A DNA stretch of 64,000 nucleotides, from the NCBI RefSeq assembly GCF_035084215.1, contig NC_090326.1:67828001-67892000 (forward strand), in the 5' to 3' direction. Every line of letters begins with the position of its first letter. The first letter of the stretch is position 1. The notes beneath the pieces are model-generated. The model was not told the DNA's origin, made no database searches, and saw only the letters and a program-made list of their open reading frames with translations. The stretch is from Heptranchias perlo (taxonomy: Eukaryota). The position numbers and the translations under genes are program-made. This document shows, in pieces, positions 13,525 to 26,884 of the stretch.

Positions 13525-15589
13525 GCTTGTTTATTAAATGCAGAAACAAGACATCTCTACGTTTGGGGAATATATAGCTGCTTTCTTGATGAACGAAAGG
13601 TCAGGGATTCAGTATTTCTAGAAAAGAACCCCATAACCGTACTTTATCTTTTCATCGGTTCCCACATAATCTCTACACTGTGTTCACGTATACGATTACG
13701 CAGTTTAGATAAACATTTACATATTTAATCCTTTGGATATACATTGTCTGCCCCCATTTGAAGTTTTGGATTTTTAACTGAAAAGTTTTAGCGACTTCAG
13801 CAAAAAATAAATATATCAAAAGCACAAAGTTTTGTGCAATTTGAAACGAAATAACACATTATCACTAATGTTTAGGAATGTAATTACAAGTAAGTCAATA
13901 TACGTCTTATAACTGATAGGTACTGTTAGTCTGAATGCCACGCTAGCACTGAGTGAAACTAAAGATTGTATCGTCTTGTTATAAAAGATATTTAAGTGAT
14001 TTGGACAGATGAAACATTAAACTGTCATATTTAAATGTAAACTAATACAAAGGAAATTACAACAGATTGACGCGATTGACATGGCCGATCCGGAACTGCT
14101 GTACTGATACAGGGGCCTATTTCCTTTATTTACTGTTGGATCTTTATAGCACATCGTAAAACGGACCTAATTGCATTGGAATGTTTTCAGTAGAAATTCT
14201 GGAGGATAATTGCTTTCAACCGTGTTGCCCGTTTTAACCGTGTGGCCGCCTGCTATCTGCACTTCTTATACTAAAGGTTGGAATACCCATAGAAACTAAG
14301 GGACATCTGTCATATTTATTAAAATCAGCATTTTTGTTTAGAAACGCTAAATCTTCAAGCAATCCTCCTTACATTATATATATATGTCTCCATATATGCA
14401 CTAGACTAGCGGAAGCTTCAAAGAATGAAAAGCCGGTCATAAAGTTTATGGTTCGTCAGTCACAACTGTGGGAAACCTGCAATTCACCAAAAACAATGTT
14501 GGTGTTACGACAGTCAGATTTAAAGTTACAGTAACTCTTCCGCTGGCTGTATTTCAAAGGAATTTAAAAACATGCGGCATCAGAATGCTTCTATCGTATA
14601 TAAAACTCATTCCAAGCTGTTTGGATTAGGTTGTTTTTGTTCTTCTGTATTAACATTATATTTATTTATAATACGTGTACTTTCATTCCTCAAGAGAATG
14701 ATAATGCTCGCTATAAAAGTTTAAATTGTAAAAAAGAGGGAGTTGTTTGGAAGCGTGAAAGAATGCATGTAGTACATTCTGGGTACCTTAATCAGCTCGT
14801 GTGTGAACACAAAAGTTATGCTGTAACACCGAGAGGAACACCAAGAAGTTGCTAACACTTACACACTACTCATTAAAGTATCAGTGCCCTGCAGCTTCCC
14901 AAAATGCATGACAATGAAGATGTCTCAAAATATATACTTTTTAACAGTACCAACTGGAGACTTGTCACAACAGAAGCAAACACTCCCCTCAAGCAAAAGA
15001 CAAATACACAAATAAAATGGCACAGTAGAGCTTGCGGGGAAAGAAACCTTAAAAAGAAATAAGATTTTTCTGCCCCACAATATGAAGATACTGAAAAATA
15101 CCAGTAACTTTTAATGAAAATTAATTGAGTATCCTCTAAACAACTTGTAACATACAAAATATTTTAAAATTGGAACCCACTTGCCCATGTAAAAGGTATT
15201 TCCTTTTCTAATCTTACTCATTAATTTTCTATCTGGTTTATAAAGTAGAAGCTCTATATGAATACAGAAAGAAGCCAGCCAGTAGTTTATCCAGACATAT
15301 TTCTGCCTCAGTGCACTCTGGGTGGTGCTTAAGGCCCATTTTACTGGGCCAAATTTCCTCGTGAAAAGTAAGTAACGATAATATTTCAACAAAATTTACC
15401 TTGAGTTGCAAGAAAGCACAACTTTCCTGTACACTGGAGTTGTGGAGCTGTGAATAGTCCTCTGAACAAGAAGATTAGCCATTTTAGTGGCCTGTCTGCA
15501 CACGCAATCTGCAAAGGAGCCAAATGAAGTCCAGCGTCAGTGAGATTATATGTTATGTAGAATATACTGTTGGTTGTCAACTCCCCAAA

Positions 15590-15775
15590 ACCATAAAACT
15601 TACTTTAATGACACCACGTGATTTTTTATAGCCAGTGAGGCTATCAGTCTGTGCTATGGATGATTTTACGATCTAATTCATAGACAAAACCCTATTCATT
15701 TGGCACCCAAATGTCATATAGCCGGAACTGAGGTGTATAAAAGTTTACTGTTTATAACTTTAAAGGACAAGCACT
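15590..15775. promoter_or_regulatory. Conserved Hox4-5 intergenic element (Cdx/Hox sites, E-box, divergent TATA boxes)
   Basis: CCATAAAA, CACGTG (15615-15620), TTTTTATA, TGATTTTACG, TATAAAA (15736-15742), TTTATAA; the position just 3' of HoxA5 fits the Hoxa5 mesodermal enhancer/HOXA-AS3 promoter region. Confidence 0.6.
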
Positions 15776-16548
15776 CACAAAGCAGAAAGGGTAAAAGTGC
15801 TGATCTCCCTTGCTGTCGGGAGCTAAGAGGCGGATTTTCCTTCCTGTCTTCACGCGGTAAGTAAAGTTAACTCTGTAAAGTGAAAAATACCTGTTGGAAA
15901 ACGTTTACGCTACACTTTGGTAGAGGAGTTGAAAGAACGTGAGTAACGCCTACCTGCGGAACAAAGTGGTTGAAGTGCTTCAGGGTTCACTTTTCCTAAG
16001 ACCAACACCATGGAGTTTCCTAGAAACCATGTCTATAAAGGGGATTTGTGTAAATGCAAGAACAGCAACAGCAACAGCAACAACAAAGAAATTGGGTTTT
16101 AGCAGAAAATGTGCAGTTTAGCAAACGGTGTTTGAGGTGCGCAAAAGGCATGGAATGGCACTGCAAGAGGCGAACGCATTTACTTCGAATTGCGTAAGAA
16201 AACCAAATTCCAAAATAGCACCACGTTTAAATATTATATGAACTAATACTTGCTGAATTTGCAAAAGCCAGGGAATTAGAAATGTGTTTGTTAAACGTCC
16301 GACTTTATAAGTTTGCGCAACTTGATTGCCTGTCGTAAACCCACTCTGCTGATAATAGCTGCAAGATTTCCATCTGGAGAAGTGGTGCAAAGTTGTACAG
16401 ATTAAGTCAAACTTATTGCTTTTAGTGAGAGTTTTGGACTAAAACTATGTTAAACTGAAGCATTCGAAACAATTTAATTCATAAGACAACAGACGCAAGG
16501 GAAATACTTATCTGGGAGACCAAAGTCCAGGAAAGTTACTATAGAAAC

Positions 16549-16554
16549 TTTATT
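16549..16554 (-). other. Candidate HoxA5 polyadenylation signal AATAAA
   Basis: tttatt on plus, about 680 nt after the stop codon. Confidence 0.45.
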
Positions 16555-17230
16555 TTAACTTCCAGTCAGTTTTAAAAACAAATACAAAAGCTCATCACGA
16601 ATTTCTTAAACTGCCAGTCTTTTAGGCTTTATATTTATCCTTTGTCACAAAAAACATACACTGACGCTGCGCTAAGAGCCACTTATTGGAGTTCGTGCAA
16701 AGTCATACAAAGGCACAGCATAGACATACAGTTCAAAGTCGCAATATCCTTCACAAAATTCACTGCTCACTAATAACACAGAATAGGTAGCATCTCAGTG
16801 ATTTAACACTACGATATCAATTACAGAGGACGATGGTCTGAAATTAAATTAAGTATTGCAAGCTTGGAGCTATTTTGACATTTAGCCACACTAACACATA
16901 CATACACTTTTTTTGCAGAGTGCAACACATAATTACATTTTTACTGGACGATTTTATACAGTTACTTCAAGTAACACCGCTTGTATTAATATAAATAAGT
17001 TAAAACAGCTATAATCCACAAGGCTATCCTACTCCTAGACAATATACTGTAAGCAGATTACTTGTACAGGCAACAGTACGACCAGAAAACAGACTAACGA
17101 TTCAAAGATTGGAATACGGCAACATGGAAATGATTTTCTTCATAGAAGTAACACGGGAAAAGAGTTTTGGAAGTCAGTACTGTATTGACATTATGCTAAT
17201 TGATCAGCTACTGCCCAGTACTTCTATTGA

Positions 17231-17515
<285 letters not shown>

Positions 17516-17949
17516 TTAGTGCATTGTCTAATATAAAATACACTAAGAATATATAAAGACGAACTGAAAGCAGAAGACCGAAATCTAGCACTCGTATGCC
17601 TACGCTAACCTTTGCGCTCTACCCACACCGTGATAACAATGACTTTAGAAACTTAACTAGAACTAAATGTTAAAGTACACACTTCGACGAGGCTGTCCCC
17701 TAATCAACCACACCTTTATTTTTATCTATCAACTCCTATTTACTCTTACGTTACTAATACGTAAGTAGGCATCTTATTAATAAATACCCAATCATCCAAA
17801 TGATTCCAAATATAATAGCAACTTAAAAAATATGACCCACACATAGATATTAAGAAACATTAGCGTGTACATTTAGCGTTTTGATTTAGAACATCCAGGG
17901 TCATTTAGGACTCCACTAATGCAAAGATAAAAGAGAGGAGGGATTTTAC

Positions 17950-18535
17950 CGTGACTTATGTGCAGTTTTCGCATCCAGGGGTAAATCTGGGGCTGCTGTT
18001 GTGCTGTGCTTTGCCCGTTCTGTGAACTTGGAGGGTCGCTGCTTGCCGGGGTGTCATCCTCAGTACCAGGCGACGTGCCAACCCCATCTCTGCTGATGTG
18101 ACTGCTGCTGCTGCTGGAATTTGAGGAGGTAGTTGGGCTTGCTATGGAGTTTTTGATTCCGTGGTGGTTGTCGCTGGCAGGCGGACTGACCACGGCGGAG
18201 CAGGGCAGAGGGTCAGGTGAAGGAGACTGAGTGGATGTGGCAGGTTGGTTGTACCTGGTGTCTGCTCTTGCTTCTGCTCCTGCTCCTGCTGCTGCTGCTG
18301 TTGTTGCTGCTGCAGAGTAGCTTCGAGATCTTTCACTGGCATTAAAGTGGTTAGATGCTGGACGACTAATGCTGAGATCCATCCCATTGTAGCCGTAGCC
18401 GTACCTGCTGGAATGCATCGTTGCAGAATCCCTGTATTGCTCGCTCACCGAGCTATGATCTCCATAATTATGTAACTGGTAGTCCGGGCCATTTGGATAG
18501 CGACCGCAGAATGAGTTTACAAAGTAAGAGCTCAT
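17950..18535 (-). CDS. HOXA5: Homeobox protein Hox-A5, exon 1
   Basis: [30 protein letters not shown]-terminus and [13 protein letters not shown] hexapeptide; donor G|GTAAAA (GT at 17949). Spliced CDS is 837 nt (278 aa). Confidence 0.97.
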
Positions 18536-18579
18536 TTGATTTTTTTTTATTTATTTATTTTTTACTTGATTTGTGGCTC

Positions 18580-18750
18580 TTGGTCGTTTGTGCGTCTAGC
18601 ACCCTGCACAATTTATGATGAATTATGGAAATGACTGGGACATGTACTTCGTTCCCTCCTACGTAGGCGCCCAAATATGGGGTACGACTTGGAATCACGT
18701 GCTTTTGTTGTCCAGTCGTAAATTCTCGCTGATGACCTCTAGAGGTAAAT
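18580..18750 (-). promoter_or_regulatory. Highly conserved Hox5 proximal promoter/leader block
   Basis: CATAAA Hox/Cdx site, CACGTG (18696-18701), TTTACG, palindrome ACCTCTAGAGGT (18735-18746); I recognise this block upstream of vertebrate Hox5 genes. Confidence 0.7.
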
Positions 18751-18857
18751 CCATGCACTGTGGCTACAAATTGGAAGGTTGCGTGGAAGGAAGAACGAGG
18801 GGTACGCGCACGGGGGCGCGCCGCCGGCTCCCAGCAGCAGCTTTGGGTTGTCCTTGC

Positions 18858-18871
18858 GCGCCACCCTCTGG
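18858..18871 (-). promoter_or_regulatory. Candidate CTCF site between HoxA5 and HoxA6 (C5|6-like)
   Basis: Minus strand CCAGAGGGTGGCGC resembles the CTCF core CCASYAGRKGGCRS, at the position of the known A5|A6 boundary site. Confidence 0.55.
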
Positions 18872-20566
18872 AGACTGAAGCTATGGGTCCTGTGGTTCTG
18901 ATGAACGGGGCAATCGGCCTCGGGTCGAATTAAGGCTACCATACATTTCAAACGTAACCGTTACATTTCGTAGAATAAATCACATAAACCAGGGCATCTT
19001 TCAAAAAAAAAATAGATCCACGCCAGACAACGGTGCATTTATTCAATCCCCAAGCGCAGATTTTTTTTATGAGCTATCGCTGATAGTGTTACAAATAGGA
19101 CTCGAGGCTTTCCTGTAACTGGGTTATTTTGAATTTTTAAAAATCAGATTTAATTTTCATTATTATGCATTTAGTGCTTTTCATACGCCCTGGCTGTCAT
19201 CGCTGATTAGTTCAGGGGGGAAAAACCGGTATCGTACAGCAACAAAATGCCAATTATTTTCATGTGTTATGCTTTTTAAAATTCTGTTTTGTCTGTATGG
19301 CTCATAATATTGGAGTTTCTTTCGCGTATTTGTGGAAATTTCGAAGCCATTGCACACTTAAACTAACAAACCAATCGTCGCGTTCTTAAAAATCATGTCA
19401 CGTATATTGAAAATGCGTTTAAATCGTTCCAATTTACTTTATTACACAGTACATGCTAAACCAGAACCCCTTTTCGACTGTTAAATAAACGTCGTCTTGT
19501 GCCTAATTTACATGGAAACAATTTCTTTACACATTGTTTCGTGTTGGTTCGATTAGGTAGAAAGGCTATACAGTATCCAACAAAAGAGAGCCCACTTTAC
19601 AAATTGTCATTCACCTAATCAAAACAAGAGCTTTGTGCCCGATACTGTTTCTAGGTTTACTGTAATAAACATTATGAAAAATGCTTCATAATTTAACCGC
19701 GGGTCCAGCTACGTCTTTAGTTGTGCATTTAGAGAAAATTGCCGTATTTAATGGACCCAGAAATCAAATAGTCATTCCTACCACGTATGGTGTCTATTTT
19801 TTCTCTGAAACAAGGACATCTACCGATCAATTTCACAGTGCTAAGTTTCCTTTCACAGCTTATTTAATACAAAAAAGTTGTCGGCAGCTTTAGTAGAAAG
19901 CTAAACTCTTAGAAATCGGGCAGCTTATTTATATATATATTACTGTATATATTTAATTTATATTTAAGAAAATTTTATTCGTGAAATTTCAATTTAAGAG
20001 CGATAGCGTTGCCAGCCTAGCTTTATTTTTCCTACGAATATCAAGTCAAAAGCAAATATAAATATTTTTCTTTGCAGAGAAAGCATGACACGAGCTGATT
20101 GAACACTGAGTCCCCTTAATTAGCTAAAAAATCAAAAAGAAATATTGAGGTAAAATATGGTCATATACAATACAATATTTATCATTAGCAAATGGGCATA
20201 TCTACTACGTTCATTTATTTGAAGACTGTCAAATTATGTCTACGAAGAAAACTATCCATTGAAACAATTGGGAGTATTATTTGTGAAGCAACTCAGCACA
20301 TATTAACGACTATAGAAGCAAAAACATTCATACTTCGCGTTTATAAAACAATTAATCCTATACCGTATTATTATAGTATCCCATGGAATGCAGAATTATT
20401 TGCACACTTCCTTTACCACTTATACATAGACACAAGCTCAAGAAGAGGGACAACGAAAACAAACAGAAATACGAATATTTGTTTCTGCACTGTTTAGCAG
20501 AATGATCACATAATAACTCACTACCTAACAGAAAGGCCCAGGCTAACTTCTTTTGAATTCGCGCTC

Positions 20567-20857
<291 letters not shown>

Positions 20858-21032
20858 TTAAAACAAACAACTAATATTGTCAAATGAAGCATATTATTCC
20901 ATTTTCCGATTCAAATAAGTATGCTGCATTTAACGTAATAATTAACATATGCATGCACTCTTTACGTAACGTTGGAACTAATTGTCTGCAACTAAAGTTT
21001 TTAAAATTATTATTTTCTACAAAAATACTCAC

Positions 21033-21462
21033 TAGAACTTGAATTCATTCGTTGCATCCAAGGATAAATTGGAGTACTGTACTTCCGGTCGTTTCCTTCC
21101 TCACTTAAAATTTTGTTTTGCGCACAATCTGTTTTGTAATGTTGGTCTGAGGAAAAGAAGTCATTCTGGGCTCTATGCTTTCCACTACTGGATGGCGAAA
21201 CATTGGCTAGATCCTTTTCAGGGTAGAAACAAGAAGCTCCATACTCATACGATGCACGGTTGCAAGCTATTACTGAGTTTGATTGTTGATAATAACAAGG
21301 TGACGAGTAACTCTTGTCCTGGAGGGTCGTTGCCCCATAGGAAGCTGGAAAGTGCCTTAGAGCATCATACCCCGCTGTATAGAGTGGGATCTGTCCGAGG
21401 AAGGAGTCCTGGCCACTGGGCAGTGAAACAGGGAAAGTAGGGTTCACAAAATACGAACTCAT
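21033..21462 (-). CDS. HOXA6: Homeobox protein Hox-A6, exon 1
   Basis: ATG at 21462, [28 protein letters not shown]; [10 protein letters not shown] hexapeptide; donor A|GTGAGT (GT at 21032). Spliced CDS is 690 nt (229 aa). Confidence 0.96.
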
Positions 21463-24400
21463 TTGCTCCACACTCTGTAGTAATATGATTTGTTATGTAT
21501 TAGTACACAATGTGGTTTAGCTATTAGTAGTCATCGAGGTGGTTTGTTTCAGGATGGCCGAGCGCCAAAGCGACAGCAGCAAATATAACCAGCTGATCAG
21601 TCTCTAGCCAATAGAAACCGACTTTGGTTCAAAAAACTCCCTGGAGATCCGGCGACTGAGCTAGCAAAGTTACAAACAACCAAATCAGTTCTGAACTATA
21701 ACCGAGGTGGTTCTAATAGAATATTAGTGGACCAATAAGAACACTATTAGGTTACAGGATATAGTTATGCATACATATTTTATATAGCCTCACATATGGA
21801 AATATGATTGTGCATTACGTATCCAACAATAGCTGGATCAACAGTGATTAGAAGATAGATTATAGAAAATGGAGGATAAGAAGAAATAAATCAACAAATC
21901 ATTAGTTCACTAGATGTGCGATATAAGTAGATGCACAGGGTAGTTTAGAAAGGTAAATAACATTTGTAAGAATAGATTCATTTTATTAATTCAGCTCTCC
22001 ATTTGGATTTTCCTTTTTACAGGGCACAAGACTCCTTTTGTTAGCTTGTGTAGACTAGTTGAGAAACATCAGACATCAGTCTCTTCATAATATGTTTCTC
22101 TGTCCATTTTAAACTCGGTAAAGAACAATAGCGCCTACAAGTACTGAGACCGACAAACACCAAATGTCCTTGCATTCTGCATTCAGTAAATTCATATTGG
22201 AGTTTTTTTCAGAAAGAACGTGGTGATAAGAGTCTATATTCAAGAAGATGATTTATAGATTTAATTTTGATATTTTTAAAAAGAAAATCAGAACAGAAGA
22301 GCGCAAGGCGATATCTCAGCTTCAAAAGATTCCACAGTAATTGTGTGTGGGAGTAATTGTTATTGCACCAGCGCTCTTCATTAAAGCATGCATGCATATA
22401 CATGTCCATTTAGTATACAAACGCCACAGTACTTCTAGGGAAAAGTATTTAACCAACATTCACGGGGTTTATTCAAACGTTCAAGCGACCTGCAAACATA
22501 CAGGGGCTCGATTTTATACTTGATAAGCCTGTATATGGGCTCCCTGCCATCAGAATGTTGTTTTAATTGCATGCGATTGAAATTCGCTAATACTCCCCAA
22601 ATCCCAACTTCGATTTTCCATAATTGCACACTGTTAAGATTTTATCGACCATAAAATAGTGGAGTGTTTCTTTTGGAATAATTAGGCATTTTTGAACATC
22701 TCGATGGAGACATTTGTGTTTTGGAATAACAGAGCATTTACTGCGCCCTGAGCGCGGCATCAGATCGTAGTGAAAGAACGGAAGCCAAGGGCTCCTTGCT
22801 AAAGATCTCATTATCTCGTTAGGTTTCCTTTCCTGTCAACAATGGTTACATCACATGCTGAAATATCTAGGGTAAGGTAAACAATACATATATATGATGA
22901 GTATGTTTAGATATTTTAAATAGGACAAATATTTACGCACTGCAGTAAATATTGTTACTGCACCTATAACCGAACTCGAAATATACCAATTATAGGACAA
23001 TGATTACAAGTTAAGGCGAAATGATGAACGCGATTGGTTAGTAGTCGGCCAATTTTATATTTTTGAATGTTAAGAATGTCTATTTGGGATGGATGTTATT
23101 TTATTGATTACAAGTTGTTAAAATACCAGGAATAGGTTCAATTTCAGCCCTGAAAGCTTATACCTGCCTTTCTTTCCTAATTATAGACTGACTAAAAAAA
23201 AATGCCAAACCGAAAACCGGCCGAAATCAAAAGCTACATCTGTTCGAGGTGTGAGTATAAATGCAGCTCAACTATGGAGGGAAATGTGCAAGAACACGCC
23301 AATTCGAACCCTCTTAATGAAAGGCCGACGCTTGCCGCTTTCCTCAGTTGCTGTCCTAAAGCCTCTTACTATGTTTTGTAATTTCTTATGTGTGCTTTTT
23401 CTTCCAATTGTATATAACATTTTAATAAATTCGAAGTTTTTTCATCAATGTTTAATCTGTTCTGTTTATAATTTGCTTTACGTATTATTTTTAGTTTTCG
23501 TTTAATCTTGACATTCATTACACAAACACGGAGGGTTTGATTTTGAAGTCCACACAATTGCTGTATACTTATAACAGGGAATCTTCACAAGTTGATGTAG
23601 TCCAAATGACCGAACTACAGATGAATAAAATGTAATATTGAAAAATGAACCAATATGTAACGCACAGCTATTATTTTCTTATTAGGTTAAACGGCTAAAA
23701 ACCACTTCACAACTGCTGCTGCATCATGTCTTAGGAAAACTGGATAAAACAAGGCAATGTAATTAGAGTATGAACACACAGAGTGGGATAAATGGCAACT
23801 GGAGTGTCCATGGAATGTATCAAACAATAATTTGATCTGTATTTATCTTTTCGACTTTTTAATCTCTAATGTAAACTTTGATACAATATGTTTCAATTCA
23901 TTTTTAAAATTAATATGGCACCTTTAGAAAATACATTATCAATTAATTTTCCTTCCACTGTAGCTTACAATTGATTAGGAAATGAACTGCGAAAGATTAA
24001 AATATTGTCATTGCGATTTATTCTTTCCGTTGACGTATTTGTATTTCCGTGCAGATAGCAAAAATTTCCGAATGATAATATAAAATAATATATTGTAAAC
24101 ACTTTGAATCTAGCATTTAAAGTAATGAATATTTGCATCGTTGAAGTTAGAGAATATCAGTCAAGTCATTTTTAAAACAAAAAAAGTTGGAATACTGTGA
24201 AATCCACTCGTATGTAAATTAGATTATATCATGTTGTTAATAAGAGGATTTTCTGGCCAAATCTTATATGTTCCTGGGATGATCTAGACTGAAACAGCAG
24301 ATATAATTCCAATCATAAATAACTTTTAATTTTCCAGGCCTGTTAGGTATAACTGGGGCCTAGTTTGGAGCTATTGGTGAATTTAAAGCGACATTGTCAC

Positions 24401-26884
24401 TTTCCTGACCAATAAAGATTTTACAAAATAGTAAAATTTAAACACGTATTTAATCCACTCATCGCCTTCTTCCAAAATAAAACAATGTAGTATTTTTGAA
24501 ATTGTGAAATGCGAGGCCGTGATTCAAGATGGCAACCCACCTGGCGCTTTATATAACTTATTGCTATGCTCATCTCTCCTTAACAAGTTGTCGCTTTTTA
24601 AACTACAACTAGTGAAAGGAAGCAGAATAAATCTCTCAATCACTTGAAGTAACTGTAACACCTTCCAAAGCCATAATGTGGCCTTGAAGTGTTCAAATGA
24701 TCGAATGTTTTATTTGTAGCGTCTGGTTATAAATAGTTGTATTTTTAAGAAATTAAAATAGGTCTGCAATATTTTACAAAACGGACCTGTCTATTAAACG
24801 CTCAATTAATCGACAACACTGTTTCTTGTTATACATTTTAAACTGCTGGATTAATTCAAACTCTTCGTTAAGTTCGAATTCACGTTTCTTTCACGCTTAC
24901 ACCAGTAAAAAAAATCTGGAAAAGCTATCCTTACATCTTGAATATGCGTTATTATTAGTTTAAGAATATAATTAAGGAGACTTCGTAGATTTACAGCGAA
25001 CGGATTTAATATTTCAGTTTTTATCAGTAATCACAAACTGACTTGTTAATCTTATTTCTAACCATAAATACGCTCGTATTTTAGCTTCCAAGTTTTGCAT
25101 ACTACTAACTATTTACTAACGATCAAAGAGGACCAAATAACTAATTGTGGGGATGTATTGCAGATGTACGAGTATTCTACCCAATGTCTTCACATATTCT
25201 TAATGATGTAGCAAGCGTACAATTCACAGGGGTGGAGGTTATCAGTCAATTCCGAGCACAGTTCAAAGCTCATACTTAAGCGGTTTTAATTTTAAACAAT
25301 TAACTTCATAAAAATGCGCTCTAAATGTCATTTCAATCGAGTTCAGCGTATTCAGGTATTACGTAAGCAAAATGCTGATTACTGGACTGGTCCGCAAAAC
25401 AACTCATAAAACGGTTAATTTGAGAACGCAACTCAACCATCTAATCAGCAACACATGACCAGAAGAGACGCTATGCGCAGCATCCCAAGTTTGTGCACAC
25501 TCCAAACACACGGTGGCAGCAACGAGTCCAAAAATGATAGCAATCATCAATATGCACATACATACACATTTTCAGTCAAACAAGACTAACGGTCTCAGTG
25601 TCAGAAAGACAACCTCCGCGTTAAGTAAAAACAATAACAGACATATTTGCATGCTCACACCCGAAATACGATGTCTTTGATCATTTCTCATTCTTGATTA
25701 ACATCAGCACCAATCAAGTCACACAGGAATAAACCACAAATAATTAGTGATGACGCCTTCGAGGTAAACACTAGCACATAGGCTCTGCCGTTAATGTGCG
25801 ATGCGCATTAGATTGCTAACAGATAATTTTCCAAGTAAAAAAATTAAAATATTAAAAAATACATAGCATCTTAAACGAAAATTATGCGTGGTAAGAACGA
25901 CAATCCAAAAGAAATAAATCACTTGTTCCGTGAAAGACGGTTGTCGCCATCGCTGGAACCGGCAGATCATTCATTTGCAAATGAAAGAAGTGCTTTATTT
26001 CTTTTTTTAAAAATTAAATCTGCAAAACGCTTATTAAAATGAGACGCATCCTCAGGATTCCCGCTGTATGACATTTAAAAATTCGATTAAGGAATGCGTT
26101 TTACTTCTTTACGTTTGTTCCTTATGCAAAACACTTTGAACCAAGAAGCCGGTTGTTGATCCAATCAACCAGAACGTACGTCAAAAGCTTACTCACATTC
26201 TTTAAAAACAAATATACTTCTAAAATTCAAATGCATAAAAGCTGCCAGTGAAAACATTCATATTATTTAAAACAAATGCACAATAATTGCAACATTTCGA
26301 GTTAATACATTCCGAAGGTGGTCGGCACTTTGTGCATCATATCTTTCAACTTTGACATATTAAACATCTTTAAAGAGCGGATTTTACAATAACTTGTTTA
26401 AAAAGCAATTTTTTTATTTTTGCAGCATTGCAAAGCTGAGAATGAGGAGTAGGTCTTACCTTGTTGTTGAATCCATCGCTTGGCCTGTCTACCCCGGGCT
26501 CTGCACAGGCCGTGTGGAGTGTTTGCTGAGCCCCAGTGTCAGTGTTTGCTAAAGCCCGTACAAGTTTGACAGCTGTCCGTTCAGCTCCATCCCAGGCCAA
26601 TGGCTCTCGCATTCCGCCAGCGGCGTTTGGTGACGACTTGCAGGAAACTGCCCTGCGGATCAGAGCCGGCGCTTTTTAATCCAATGCTCCACCTTCCGTG
26701 GAGGAATTCGTAGCTGCCAGCCATGAGGTCTGTGCTGAAAGCTTGGTTGCATTGAAGCTCCATGGGCAATAATCACTGCGCTGGGAAGAAAAAAAAGAAC
26801 AAAATATGCGTTGAAAAAAGCCTGCAAGCTCTCACATCCGAACCAAGACGCGCTTAGCACAAGAATGCAGCTCTATAGTCGCAA

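Noticed and set aside
18142-18475. PolyQ (minus) and polyC (plus) alternative-frame ORFs over HoxA5 exon 1
   Set aside because: By-products of the GCA repeat that encodes the Ala tract in the real frame.
18729-18749. Hammerhead-like CTGATGA-stem-xAAA
   Set aside because: Has TAAA instead of the essential GAAA and no stems I/III; it is a promoter palindrome.
18555-18758. 67-codon ORF upstream of HoxA5
   Set aside because: Starts at GTG, is out of frame with HoxA5 and overlaps promoter motifs that already explain the conservation.
20520-20527. miR-196 8mer on the antisense strand of the HoxA6 3'UTR
   Set aside because: A single site, at about chance frequency, with no evidence that it is exonic in an antisense RNA.
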